In this document: positions 40,818-50,081 of the stretch, in pieces
Numbering within the stretch: position 1 is the first letter of the stretch
Layout of the letters: every line of letters starts with the position of its first letter
DNA from: an uncultured Acidobacteriota bacterium
Lineage (GTDB): Bacteria > Acidobacteriota > Thermoanaerobaculia > UBA5066
Direction: 5' to 3'
Assembly (NCBI GenBank): GCA_963779415.1
Contig: CAVZYA010000001.1
Location: 1,664,001 to 1,728,000 of the forward strand
DNA: 64,000 nt
The notes under the pieces: model-generated
Databases searched by the model: none
The model's input: the letters and a program-made list of their open reading frames with translations, nothing else
Told to the model about the DNA's origin: nothing
Translations under genes and position numbers: made by a program

Positions 40818-41114
40818 CTACTTCTTCGTGCTCTTCGCGGCCTTGGCGTCCGTCTTCGCCTCGATGTCGACGGCGTACATCTTGTAATGGACCGTGACCT
40901 TGGCGCCGACCTTCGCGTCGCCCGTCACCTTCGTCGCGGCGTCCTTCGTGATGTGGAAACGCTCCTTCCCCTTCATGACGGTGATCGAGGTGTCGTCGAC
41001 GGCGCTGACGGTGCCGGTCACCTGGAAGCTGTCGGTCTTCAGGTCGACGGCATAGGCCGGCGCGGAGAAGACGACGAGGACGGCGACGGCGAGGATGACG
41101 CGAATTGCTTTCAT
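40818..41114 (-). CDS. Small secreted OB-fold-like protein
   Basis: Signal peptide, VTGTVSAVDDTSITV...KVGAKVTVHY; AGGAG SD. Confidence 0.75.
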   Translation of the reverse strand: MKAIRVILAVAVLVVFSAPAYAVDLKTDSFQVTGTVSAVDDTSITVMKGKERFHITKDAATKVTGDAKVGAKVTVHYKMYAVDIEAKTDAKAAKSTKK

Positions 41115-41163
41115 CGAGCTTTCCTCCTTCGGACTGAATTTCAGCGGACTCTAGCAGATCGGT

Positions 41164-41940
41164 TCAGCGCCCCGACAGAAGGTAGACCGGTCCCGAAGGC
41201 CGGACGGCGACGCTCTTCACCTCGTATCCGGCCGCAAAGAGCGCCCGCGCCGAAAGGGCGAATCGCCGGCGGGCCCGAAGCGTCCCCGCGTGGTCCGTCC
41301 GGTAGATCCCGGGTGCGCCCGCCGGGAACGGGAGCGCCACACGAGGGGCGCCGGGGACCGTCTCTCCCCGGACGAGCGGGATCGTCGGGTCGTCCTCGGG
41401 GAGGGGGACCTCCTCCCCGCTCGCGGCGGCGACCACCGCCCCGTCGTCGAGACGCCACGTCACCTCGAAACGGTCCGTCGGGAGGTTGCCGTAGATCCCC
41501 CCCATGAAGCCGTAGAAATTCGGAAGGAAGCCGCGGACGACGGCGCGGAGGCGGATGACGTTGAGCCTCCCGTTCTTGAGGAGGAACGGATCGTAGGTCC
41601 AGGTCACGAGCCGGATCCCCCGGTCGAGACACCACGCCCGCTGGAACAGCTTGAGCTTCACCGAAAGGCCGCGCCCCTGCGCCTCGGGACGGACGGCGAG
41701 AAGATGGGAGTGGTGCGCCGGCTCGCCCAGGTTCGTTCGGGGGAGGCCGTGAACGAAGCCGAGCATCCGCCCCCCCTCGAAGGCGCCGGCTGTCATGCCC
41801 CCGGCGTGGGTCCCGGCGATCAGGTCCGTCCAGGGGGAGAGGACGCGGTCCACGAACTTCCAGGCCTCTTTCGAGACGACGACCGTCTCGTGATACTCGT
41901 TCGCCGACTTCAGCTCGCGTATGACGACGCGGCCGCTCAC
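41164..41940 (-). CDS. GNAT acyltransferase (putative D-amino-acid N-succinyltransferase)
   Basis: HSHLLAV...GRG..LKLFQR...WTYDP...NFYG...TDRF; operon context. Confidence 0.8.
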   Translation of the reverse strand: MSGRVVIRELKSANEYHETVVVSKEAWKFVDRVLSPWTDLIAGTHAGGMTAGAFEGGRMLGFVHGLPRTNLGEPAHHSHLLAVRPEAQGRGLSVKLKLFQRAWCLDRGIRLVTWTYDPFLLKNGRLNVIRLRAVVRGFLPNFYGFMGGIYGNLPTDRFEVTWRLDDGAVVAAASGEEVPLPEDDPTIPLVRGETVPGAPRVALPFPAGAPGIYRTDHAGTLRARRRFALSARALFAAGYEVKSVAVRPSGPVYLLSGR

Positions 41941-43082
41941 GCGGGGACCTCCTCGAGGAGGGCCGCGAGAAGGGCGGCGCGCCGGGGAAGGTCCTCGACG
42001 AGCAGGTGCTCGGAGCGGGCGTGGGCGCCGCCCCCGGACGGGCCGAGGCCGTCGAGCGTCGGCACCCCGGCGTCCGCCGTCAGGTTTCCGTCGGACGCGC
42101 CTCCCACCCGCGCGGACGCGAGCGGGAACCCGAGGCGGCCGGCGAGCGCCGCCGCCGTCTCGTAGAGCGCTTTCGTGGCGCCGCTCTCCTCCATCGCCGG
42201 ACGGTTCATTCCTCCGGTCATCTCGACCCGCACGCGCGGATCGGCCGGGCGATAGCCCCGGAGCGCGGCCTCCACGCGGGCCGCCTCGGTCCGGGACCAG
42301 AAACGGAAGTCGACCGTGATCTCGGCGGACTCGGGGACGACGTTCGCCTTCGAGCCGGCGCGGGCGAGCGTCGGGACGACCGAGGTTCCGATGGCCGGGT
42401 CGGCGACGGCCTCGGCGAAGAGAAGGAACCGCGCCATCTCGGCGAGGGCCGAAGCTCCCTTTTCCGGCTCGAGGCCCGCGTGCGCCGCGAGGCCGGCGAA
42501 ACGGATCGTGGCCTGGCCGATCCCCTTCCGTGCGACCTTCGCCGCGCCCCCTTCGCCGGCCGGCTCGAGGACGAGGACGCGGGCGTGGCGCCTGGCCTCG
42601 GCCACGAGGAGAGCTCGCGAGGCGGCGCTCCCCGTCTCCTCGTCCGGCGTCAGGAGGAGCGTAAGGCCCCGCGCGGGGCGGACCTCCCCGCGCCCGATGG
42701 CCTCGAGCACCTCGAGCGCGACCGCGATTCCCCCCTTCATGTCGAAGACGCCCGGCCCCTTCGCCCGCGGCCCGTCGATCCGGAACGGGATCTCGGCGAG
42801 CGTCCCGGCGGGCCAGACCGTGTCGAGATGTCCGAGAAGCAGCGTCCCTCCCTCCTCACCGAGGCGGACCCGGAGGGCATCGCCCCGCCCTTCGCACGGC
42901 ACGCATTCCGCGGGGAGCTCCGCCGGGGAGAGCTTTACGGCGAGATCGCGGGCGAGAGCCGAAACGAGCGCCGGTTCGTCGGAGGGGCTTTCCGCGCGAA
43001 CCAGTTCGCCGAGGGACGCGAGAAGGTGGGGTTCTTTCTGTTCGAAAAGGGCCAGAAGCTCCTGCGGGCGACTCCCGGTCAC
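41937..43082 (-). CDS. M20 family metallopeptidase / desuccinylase
   Basis: GHLDTVW, GPGVFDMKGG, DEETGS, GGASDGN, GGGAHA. Confidence 0.9.
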   Translation of the reverse strand: MTGSRPQELLALFEQKEPHLLASLGELVRAESPSDEPALVSALARDLAVKLSPAELPAECVPCEGRGDALRVRLGEEGGTLLLGHLDTVWPAGTLAEIPFRIDGPRAKGPGVFDMKGGIAVALEVLEAIGRGEVRPARGLTLLLTPDEETGSAASRALLVAEARRHARVLVLEPAGEGGAAKVARKGIGQATIRFAGLAAHAGLEPEKGASALAEMARFLLFAEAVADPAIGTSVVPTLARAGSKANVVPESAEITVDFRFWSRTEAARVEAALRGYRPADPRVRVEMTGGMNRPAMEESGATKALYETAAALAGRLGFPLASARVGGASDGNLTADAGVPTLDGLGPSGGGAHARSEHLLVEDLPRRAALLAALLEEVPA

Positions 43083-44185
43083 GGGGCAAACTCCGCCCGC
43101 TCGGCCGTGAACCGGTCGAGGACGTCGCGCCGCACCTCGACGCCGATCCCGGGCCCCGTCGGGACGGGCATGAGGCCGTTCGCGGCCTCGAGCGGCGGGG
43201 CGACGATGTCCTCCTCGAAGTAGCGCGAGGAGGAGGAGGTGTCGCCCGGCTTCGAGAAGCCGGGAAGGCTCGCGATCGCGACGTTCTGCGCCCGGCCGAC
43301 GCCGGCCTCCAGCATCCCGCCGCACCAGAGAGGGATCCCCGCCCGCGTCGCCACCTCGTGGATCCGGAGCGCCTCGCCGTGTCCGCCGACGCGGCCGATC
43401 TTCACGTTGATGACGCGCCCCGCGCCGAGGGCGATCGCCGCGCGCGCGTCGTCCGCCGACCGGATCGACTCGTCGAGGCAGATCGGCGTCTTCAGCCGCT
43501 TCGCGAGGAGCGCGTGCGCGACGAGGTCTTCGTGGTGAAGAGGCTGCTCGATGTAGTCGAGGCCGAACGGGTCGAGCGTCTGCAGGTGGTCGGCATCCTC
43601 GAGCGTGTAGGCCGCGTTCGCGTCCACCGTCAGGGCGATTTGGGGGAACGCCTCCCGGACGGCGCGCACCCGCTCCACGTCGGTTCCCGGCTCGATCTTC
43701 AGCTTGATCCGGCGATAGCCCTCGGCCACGTGACGGCGGACGTTCTCGACCGCTTCGGCGACGGACGGCGCGATCCCGAGCGAGACCCCGACCTCGATCG
43801 CCGTCCGGGTGCCGCCCAGAGAGAGGGAGAGCGATGTCCCCGAAGCCTTCGCGAAAAGGTCGCGAAGCGCCGTCTCGATCGCGGCCTTCGCCATCCGATG
43901 CCCCCGAACCCGCGCGGCGCGAGCCTCGAATTCCCCGGGCGAGGCGACCTCGCGCCCCACGACGAGAGGAAGCAGAAAGCGGGAAAGGACGTGCCCCGCG
44001 GTCCCGATCGTCTCCGGCGAGTAGTACGGCCCCTCTTCGGCGACGCACTCCCCGAATCCGGAAAGGCCCCCGGACTTCAGCTCGACGAGGAGGAACGACT
44101 TCTCGGTCGTCTCTCCGAACGAAGTCCGGAACCGGAACTTGAGCGGCATCCGGACGGTCCGGAGGACCGCAGCCTCGATACGCAT
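43079..44185 (-). CDS. menC: o-succinylbenzoate synthase / N-succinylamino acid racemase (enolase superfamily)
   Basis: IKLKI, DANAAY, IEQP, LDESI, INVKIGRVGG, WCGGMLEAGVG, PGDTSSSSRYF. Confidence 0.9.
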   Translation of the reverse strand: MRIEAAVLRTVRMPLKFRFRTSFGETTEKSFLLVELKSGGLSGFGECVAEEGPYYSPETIGTAGHVLSRFLLPLVVGREVASPGEFEARAARVRGHRMAKAAIETALRDLFAKASGTSLSLSLGGTRTAIEVGVSLGIAPSVAEAVENVRRHVAEGYRRIKLKIEPGTDVERVRAVREAFPQIALTVDANAAYTLEDADHLQTLDPFGLDYIEQPLHHEDLVAHALLAKRLKTPICLDESIRSADDARAAIALGAGRVINVKIGRVGGHGEALRIHEVATRAGIPLWCGGMLEAGVGRAQNVAIASLPGFSKPGDTSSSSRYFEEDIVAPPLEAANGLMPVPTGPGIGVEVRRDVLDRFTAERAEFAP

Positions 44186-44343
44186 GGAAGGGATTCTCAC
44201 CGAAGATCGCTTCCGCGGGGCGACCCGGGCGTCGCTTGACCGAATCGGTCCCCCGGACGATGATCCCGCCTCTTCCGGGAGGCGGCCACGGCCACGGAGC
44301 CGCGCCCCGGCGGAAAGAGGGGGCGACGCTCACGGGACCGGGG

Positions 44344-46209
44344 ATGGAGTCGACGAAAGCGCGTACGGTACGGATCTCGGCCCGCGTCGCGGCGACGGCG
44401 GTCTTTCTGCTTCTCATCGCGGGCGCTCTCGTCACCTCGACCGAGTCGGGCCTCGCCGTCCCGGACTGGCCGCTCGCCTACGGAAAGCTGATGCCGCCGA
44501 TGGTCGGCGGGATCCTGTACGAGCACGGTCACCGGATGATCGCCGCCCTCGTCTCCTTCTTCGTCGGACTTCAGGCCGGGATCCTTCTCTGGGGCGAGCC
44601 CCGCAGGAGCGTGAAGCGTCTTGGCCTCCTCGCGTTCGCGGCGATCCTCGCGCAGGCGCTCCTCGGAGGGCTCACGGTCCTCCTGCTTCTCCCGCCGGCC
44701 GTCTCATCGGCTCACGCGGGTCTCGCCCAGATCGTCTTCGCCCTCGCCTCGGCGATCGCCCTGATGACGACCCGGAGCTGGACGTCGGGGGAGATCACCG
44801 GGAGCGTGTCGCCTTCGGATGCGCCGGCTCTCCGACAGGCGTTCGTATGGACCGTCGCCGCGACCGCGGCCACCTACCTCCAGATCCTCCTCGGGGCGGT
44901 GATGCGCCACACGGGCGCCGGCCTCGCGATCCCCGATTTCCCGCTCGCCTTCGGCGGCCTCGTCCCCTCCGCTTCCGAGTTCACCCGCCCCGGAGTCCCG
45001 ATCCACTTCGCCCATCGCGTCGGGGCGGCCGTCGTCACCGTTCTCATTCTCTTCGCCCTCCGGGCGTCCTTCCGCCTCCGGGACCGCCTCCCTCTCGTGT
45101 CGTCGCTCTCCGCCTGGTGGGCCGCGGCGCTCGCCCTCCAGCTCACGCTCGGCACCTTCTCCATCTGGACCCGCAAGGCCGCTGCCGTCACGGCCGCGCA
45201 CCTCGCGGTCGGCGCCCTCGTCTGGGTGACCGGTGTCCTGCTCGCTCTGACCCTGGGCCGCGCCCGCGCCACGGCCCTCGCCGCACTTGCGAGCCGGTCC
45301 CGGGAGAGTTCTCCGGCAGCTCTTCCGAGCGCCTCGATGCTCGCCCGGCTCGCGGACTACGTCGCGCTGACGAAGCCGCGCATCACCCTCTTCGTGGTCC
45401 TGACGGCCTTCGTCGGATTCGCGGCGGGAACGCCCGGGCGGCTCGATGCGGTCGACCTCCTCCTCCTCGTCCACACGCTCCTCGGAACGGCTCTCGTCGC
45501 CTCGGGAACGAGCGCGTTCAACCAGCTCTCCGAGATCGTTCTCGACGGCCGGATGCGGCGGACGGCCGAGCGGCCCCTCCCCGCCGGCCGCATCTCCCCG
45601 GCAGGGGCGTTTCTTTTCGCGACGGCCCTCTCCGCCGCCGGGGTCGCCGAGCTGGCGCTCGCCGTCAACGGACTCACGGCCCTTCTCGCCGCGGCGACGC
45701 TCGTCAGCTACGTCTGCCTCTACACGCCGATGAAGACGGTCTCGCCCCTCTCGACGATCGTCGGCGCCGTTCCGGGCGCGCTCCCGCCGCTCGGCGGGTT
45801 CACGGCCGCCCACGGCGCGGTCGCGGCACCCGGCCTCGTTCTCTTCGCGCTCCTTTTCCTCTGGCAGCTCCCGCATTTCTTCGCCATCGGATGGCGCCAT
45901 CGGGCCGACTACGGCGCCGCCGGAGTCCGGATCCTCCCGACGCTCGACCCGACGGGACGCCGTACGTCCCGCCACGCCTTCTTCTGGTGCCTCGCCCTTC
46001 TCCCGGTCAGCCTCCTGCCCTCCGCGATCGGGATGGCCGGAAACGTCTACGCCTTCGGCGCCCTCGCGGCGACGCTCCTTTTCCTCGCGGCCTCCTTCCG
46101 CTTCGCGCGCGCCGCGACGGACGAGCGGGCGCTCGGCCTCTTCCTCGCCTCGATCGCGTGGCTCCCCGCGGTTCTTCTCCTCCTCGTCTTCGACCGCGTG
46201 GCCGGGTGA
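44344..46209 (+). CDS. ctaB: Heme A synthase (CtaA/COX15) - heme O synthase (CtaB/CyoE) fusion
   Basis: SGLAVPDWP, EHGHRM, HFAHR; then LTKPRI, NQ..E...D..M.RT..RP, YTPMK, WQLPHF. Confidence 0.88.
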   Translation: MESTKARTVRISARVAATAVFLLLIAGALVTSTESGLAVPDWPLAYGKLMPPMVGGILYEHGHRMIAALVSFFVGLQAGILLWGEPRRSVKRLGLLAFAAILAQALLGGLTVLLLLPPAVSSAHAGLAQIVFALASAIALMTTRSWTSGEITGSVSPSDAPALRQAFVWTVAATAATYLQILLGAVMRHTGAGLAIPDFPLAFGGLVPSASEFTRPGVPIHFAHRVGAAVVTVLILFALRASFRLRDRLPLVSSLSAWWAAALALQLTLGTFSIWTRKAAAVTAAHLAVGALVWVTGVLLALTLGRARATALAALASRSRESSPAALPSASMLARLADYVALTKPRITLFVVLTAFVGFAAGTPGRLDAVDLLLLVHTLLGTALVASGTSAFNQLSEIVLDGRMRRTAERPLPAGRISPAGAFLFATALSAAGVAELALAVNGLTALLAAATLVSYVCLYTPMKTVSPLSTIVGAVPGALPPLGGFTAAHGAVAAPGLVLFALLFLWQLPHFFAIGWRHRADYGAAGVRILPTLDPTGRRTSRHAFFWCLALLPVSLLPSAIGMAGNVYAFGALAATLLFLAASFRFARAATDERALGLFLASIAWLPAVLLLLVFDRVAG

Positions 46210-46240
46210 CCGGATTGCCCTTCGGGAGCAGACTCCGCTC

Positions 46241-46903
46241 ATGAGCGCCCCGAAGACCGCTCCCCGCCGGGCCTTCCCGCTCCTCCCCCTCGGCCTCGCC
46301 GCCCTCGGCCTCGCCGTCTCTCTCTCCCTTCTCCTGTACGCCTGGCATCTCCGGAAGACCGCGAGCGAGTACGGGCGCGTCGATCTGCCCCGCCTTTCCG
46401 AGGTCCCGGACTTCGCCGCGACCGCGGAGAGCGGCGCCACGGTCCGCCGGGCCGACCTCGGCGGAAGGGTCTTCATCGCCGACTTCATCTTCACGACCTG
46501 CACCGGGATCTGCCCGGGGATGACGGCGAAGATGAAATCGCTCGCGGAAGAGCTCCGGGACGAGCCGCGGATCCGTTTCGTCTCCTTCACGGTCGACCCC
46601 GACCACGACACGCCCGACGTGTTGCTCCGGTACTCCCGGGAGCACGGAGCCGATCCGGCTCGGTGGAGCTTCCTCCGGATCGAGAAGGCGGGCCTCCGGC
46701 GGCTCGCCCAGGAGGGATTCAAGCTCGCCGTCGAGGACGGAGGCGCCGGCTCGGCCGAGGCGATCCTCCACTCCACGCGGTTCGTCCTCGTCGACGCCGC
46801 GGGCGTCATCCGCGGCTACTACGAGAGCGACCGGCCGGGAGCGATGGCGGCGCTCGCGGCGGACGCCCGGCGCCTCGCGGCCGGGAGCGCGTCGCGCGGA
46901 TGA
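46241..46903 (+). CDS. SCO family copper chaperone
   Basis: FIFTTCTGICP, TVDPDHDTP, HSTRFVLVD. Confidence 0.92.
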   Translation: MSAPKTAPRRAFPLLPLGLAALGLAVSLSLLLYAWHLRKTASEYGRVDLPRLSEVPDFAATAESGATVRRADLGGRVFIADFIFTTCTGICPGMTAKMKSLAEELRDEPRIRFVSFTVDPDHDTPDVLLRYSREHGADPARWSFLRIEKAGLRRLAQEGFKLAVEDGGAGSAEAILHSTRFVLVDAAGVIRGYYESDRPGAMAALAADARRLAAGSASRG

Positions 46904-47325
46904 CGCTTCGGGATCTGCCGACGCTCAACGCCCTTCTGAACGGCACGAGCGCGGCCCTCCTCGTCACGGGCTGGTTCCTGATCCGGTCGGGACGGAGAGA
47001 GGCCCACCGGAAGGCGATGACGGCGGCTTTCGTCGCTTCCGTCCTCTTCCTCGCGTCGTACCTGACGTACCACGCCTTCGTCGGGAGCATCCGCTTCCCG
47101 GGCACCGGCACGGCCCGCGCGGTCTACCTCTCGATCCTCCTGACGCACACGGTCCTCGCCGCCGCCGCCGGACCGCTCGCTCTCACCGTCTTCGTCCTCG
47201 CGCGCCGGGGGCGATTCGGGACGCACCGGCGCCTCGCGCGCTGGACGCTTCCGATCTGGCTCTACGTCTCCGTGACCGGCGTCGTCGTCTACCTGATGCT
47301 CTACCGGTCGGCCTGGGGCCGCTGA
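46900..47325 (+). CDS. DUF420 family membrane protein
   Basis: LNALLN...AHRKAM...YLTYH...HRRLARWTLPIWLYVSVTG. Confidence 0.88.
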   Translation: MTLRDLPTLNALLNGTSAALLVTGWFLIRSGRREAHRKAMTAAFVASVLFLASYLTYHAFVGSIRFPGTGTARAVYLSILLTHTVLAAAAGPLALTVFVLARRGRFGTHRRLARWTLPIWLYVSVTGVVVYLMLYRSAWGR

Positions 47326-48779
47326 GGGACGACCGCCGCCATCCCGCCCCACCGGTCGACGAGATCCCGGATCCGCGCGAGCGTCACGGGCTTCGTCACG
47401 AAGTCGTTCATCCCCTCCACCTCGCAGCGCCGCCGGACATCTTCCGAGGTGAGCGCCGTCAGCGCGACGACGGGGAGCGCCTCGCCGACGGGAAGGGCGC
47501 GGAGCCGGCGCAGGACCTGGTAGCCGTCCATCTCCGGCATCTGAAGGTCGAGGAGGACGAACGAGAAGGGCTGGTGCGACGCGGCCTCGAGCGCCTCGCG
47601 CCCGGAACTCGCTCCGACGACCTCGGCCCCCCGGGAGCGGAGCATGTGGGCGAGGAGCTCGCGGTTCTCGTCGTTGTCCTCCACGAGGAGGACCCGGGGC
47701 GCCGACGGACGCCGGCCGATCCTCACCGCGTCGATCCGGCGCAGGAACTCCCGCGTCGTCTCCGCGAGGTCGATCTGGGCCTTCGCCTTCTGGACCGGCC
47801 CCGACCGCTCGTCGTGCGCGCGGCGGACGGCCTCCGCGACGCTCTCGGCCGAGACGCGAAGCTCCCGTGCCGTCGACTCGATGGCGTCGGCGGCGGCGCG
47901 CCGCGCCTCCACGAGGGCGCTTCGGGACGCGGCCGCCTCGTCGAGAAGCGCCTTGCGGGAGGCCCCGTCGACGAGGACGACCGAGGCCCCGCCCCCCTGC
48001 CGTGCCGCCGCCAGGACGTGCACGGGACGCGGCGGGCCTTCGAGCGGGAGAAGCTGCTCGTCGAACTCGGTCACCGCCGCAGCTTCGGCCGCCCGCGTCG
48101 TCTTCCGGGAGAGCGCGTCGAGCGCCGCACCGAGGCCCGGCGGGAAAATGTCCGCGCGCGCCGCTTCCATCCCCTCGAGGATCTCGATCCGCCGGCCGGT
48201 CCACTCCGAGAGACGCCCGCCGACGGTCTCGATCCGCCCCTCGCCGTCGAGGCCGAGGAGGGCGATCGGCGCCTCGTCGAGGAGGCGGGCCTGCCGTTCG
48301 TCCCCGCCGCCGGCACGGGTCTCGACGAAGACGACGGCCACCTCGACCGTCTTTCCGTACCGGATCACCGGCAGGAGCGTCCTCGCGACGTCGACGCGCC
48401 GGCCGAATTCGTCCGCGACCGCGGCCCGCCGGCCCGGCCGTGCCCGTCCGCTCGTGAAGACCGCGTCGACCTCCTGAAGGAACGCCCTCTCTTCGTCCAC
48501 CGGAACGATGCTCCCGGCGGAGGGGAGCCCCTCCATCTCGCGGGCCGGCCGGCCGAAGAGCTTCGCCGCCCCGGAGTTCCAGTACGTGATTCTTCCGCTC
48601 CGCTCCACGGCGCAGACGGCCACCGTTTCGGCCGCGTCGAGCGCCGGACCGAAGGCAACCCGCACCGCCGGTGCCGCCTTCGAGCCCGCCCACCAGTCCT
48701 CGACGCGGGACCCGAGGAAGAGCTTCCTGGCACCCGTCGCCATGGAGGACATCCAGTTCAGAATGCGGCCGGCGGACAC
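47301..48779 (-). CDS. PAS-PAS-receiver signalling protein lacking an HATPase domain
   Basis: ITYWNSGAAKLFG (PAS); VLLVEDNDENR, LLDLQMPEMDG, FVTKPV (REC). Confidence 0.82.
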   Translation of the reverse strand: MSAGRILNWMSSMATGARKLFLGSRVEDWWAGSKAAPAVRVAFGPALDAAETVAVCAVERSGRITYWNSGAAKLFGRPAREMEGLPSAGSIVPVDEERAFLQEVDAVFTSGRARPGRRAAVADEFGRRVDVARTLLPVIRYGKTVEVAVVFVETRAGGGDERQARLLDEAPIALLGLDGEGRIETVGGRLSEWTGRRIEILEGMEAARADIFPPGLGAALDALSRKTTRAAEAAAVTEFDEQLLPLEGPPRPVHVLAAARQGGGASVVLVDGASRKALLDEAAASRSALVEARRAAADAIESTARELRVSAESVAEAVRRAHDERSGPVQKAKAQIDLAETTREFLRRIDAVRIGRRPSAPRVLLVEDNDENRELLAHMLRSRGAEVVGASSGREALEAASHQPFSFVLLDLQMPEMDGYQVLRRLRALPVGEALPVVALTALTSEDVRRRCEVEGMNDFVTKPVTLARIRDLVDRWGGMAAVVPQRPQADR

Positions 48780-48826
48780 GTCCCCATCTTATCCAGCCGG
48801 GGGCGCTACCGCGAAAGGAGAACCGG

Positions 48827-49714
48827 CTGACGAAGGGCTCCGGGACGAGGCCGGACGACGGGACGTTCCCCACGTGGGGAGCGCTCCTCGCCGAAGCCCG
48901 GCGACGCCTCTCCTCGCCGGAGCACCCCGCCTTCGAGGCCGAGGAGCTGCTCGCGCGGGCGACCGGCCGCCCCCGGGCCTGGTTCCACGCCCGCCGCGGC
49001 GAGAAGGCCGACGAGGCCGACGTGGGCGCCTTCCGCGCGCTCGTCGGCCGGCGCGCAGCCGGCGAGCCGCTCCAGTACCTTCTGGGGGAGTGGGAGTTCC
49101 TCGGCCGGACCTTCCGCGTCGACCCACGCGCGCTGATCCCGCGCGGTGAGACGGAAGGGATCGTGGAGGCCTCCGGACGCGCGGCACCCGCGGCCCGCCG
49201 GATCCTTGACCTCGGCACGGGAAGCGGCGTCCTCGCCGTGACGCTCGCCCTCGAGCGGCCCGGCGCCTTGGTCGTGGCCCTCGACCGGGCGGCCGGGGCG
49301 CTCGCCCTCGCGCGGGAGAACGCGGTGAGGCACGGGGTCGAAGAGCGGGTTCGTCTCCTCGCCTCGGACTGGCTCTCGGCGCTCCGGCCCTCCCGCCCCT
49401 TCTCGCTCGCCGTCGCGAACCCGCCCTACGTCCCGATCGGAGACGCGCCGCACCTCGAGAAGACCGTCTCGGAGCACGAGCCGCCGCTCGCGCTCTACGG
49501 GGGTGAGGATGGGCTCGACCCTCTCCGCGGTCTTCTCCGCGACCTGCCGCTCTATCTCGCCGCCGGCGCCCCTTTCGTCTTCGAGTTCGGCTACGGGCAG
49601 GCTCGCGACGTCAGCGATCTCGTCGAGGCGTCGGGCTTCTTCCGCCTCGTCGCCGTGCGGCTCGACGCCGCCGGTATCCCCCGGACCGCAACGGCGCTCC
49701 GGACCGCGCGATAA
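48827..49714 (+). CDS. prmC: Release factor glutamine methyltransferase
   Basis: GEPLQYLLG, ALIPRGETE, LDLGTGSG, NPPY; start probably CTG after AAAGGAG. Confidence 0.92.
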   Translation: MTKGSGTRPDDGTFPTWGALLAEARRRLSSPEHPAFEAEELLARATGRPRAWFHARRGEKADEADVGAFRALVGRRAAGEPLQYLLGEWEFLGRTFRVDPRALIPRGETEGIVEASGRAAPAARRILDLGTGSGVLAVTLALERPGALVVALDRAAGALALARENAVRHGVEERVRLLASDWLSALRPSRPFSLAVANPPYVPIGDAPHLEKTVSEHEPPLALYGGEDGLDPLRGLLRDLPLYLAAGAPFVFEFGYGQARDVSDLVEASGFFRLVAVRLDAAGIPRTATALRTAR

Positions 49715-49721
49715 TCGCCGG

Positions 49722-50081
49722 GTGAAAAGCGCCGCAAAGAGCGACCCGTCCTGCCTCTTCTGCCGGATCGTCCGCCGGGAGATCCCGTCGACGCCCGTCT
49801 ACGACGACGAGGATTTCTATGCCTTCCGCGACATCGCGCCGAAGGCCCCCACGCACATCCTCGTCATCCCGAAGACGCACCTTCCGAGGCTTTCCGCCGC
49901 GACGACCGCCGACGCCCCTCTCCTCGCGCGTCTCCTTCTCGTCCTGGCCGGAATCGCCAGGAGCGAGAAGGCGGACGACTACCGGCTCGTCGTGAACAAC
50001 GGGGCCGACGCGGGGCAGAGCGTCGATCACCTTCACCTCCATCTCCTCGCCGGGCGATCGTTCAATTGGCCTCCCGGCTGA
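49722..50081 (+). CDS. hinT: HIT family nucleotide hydrolase
   Basis: CLFCRI, AGQSVDHLHLHLLAGR. Confidence 0.9.
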   Translation: MKSAAKSDPSCLFCRIVRREIPSTPVYDDEDFYAFRDIAPKAPTHILVIPKTHLPRLSAATTADAPLLARLLLVLAGIARSEKADDYRLVVNNGADAGQSVDHLHLHLLAGRSFNWPPG

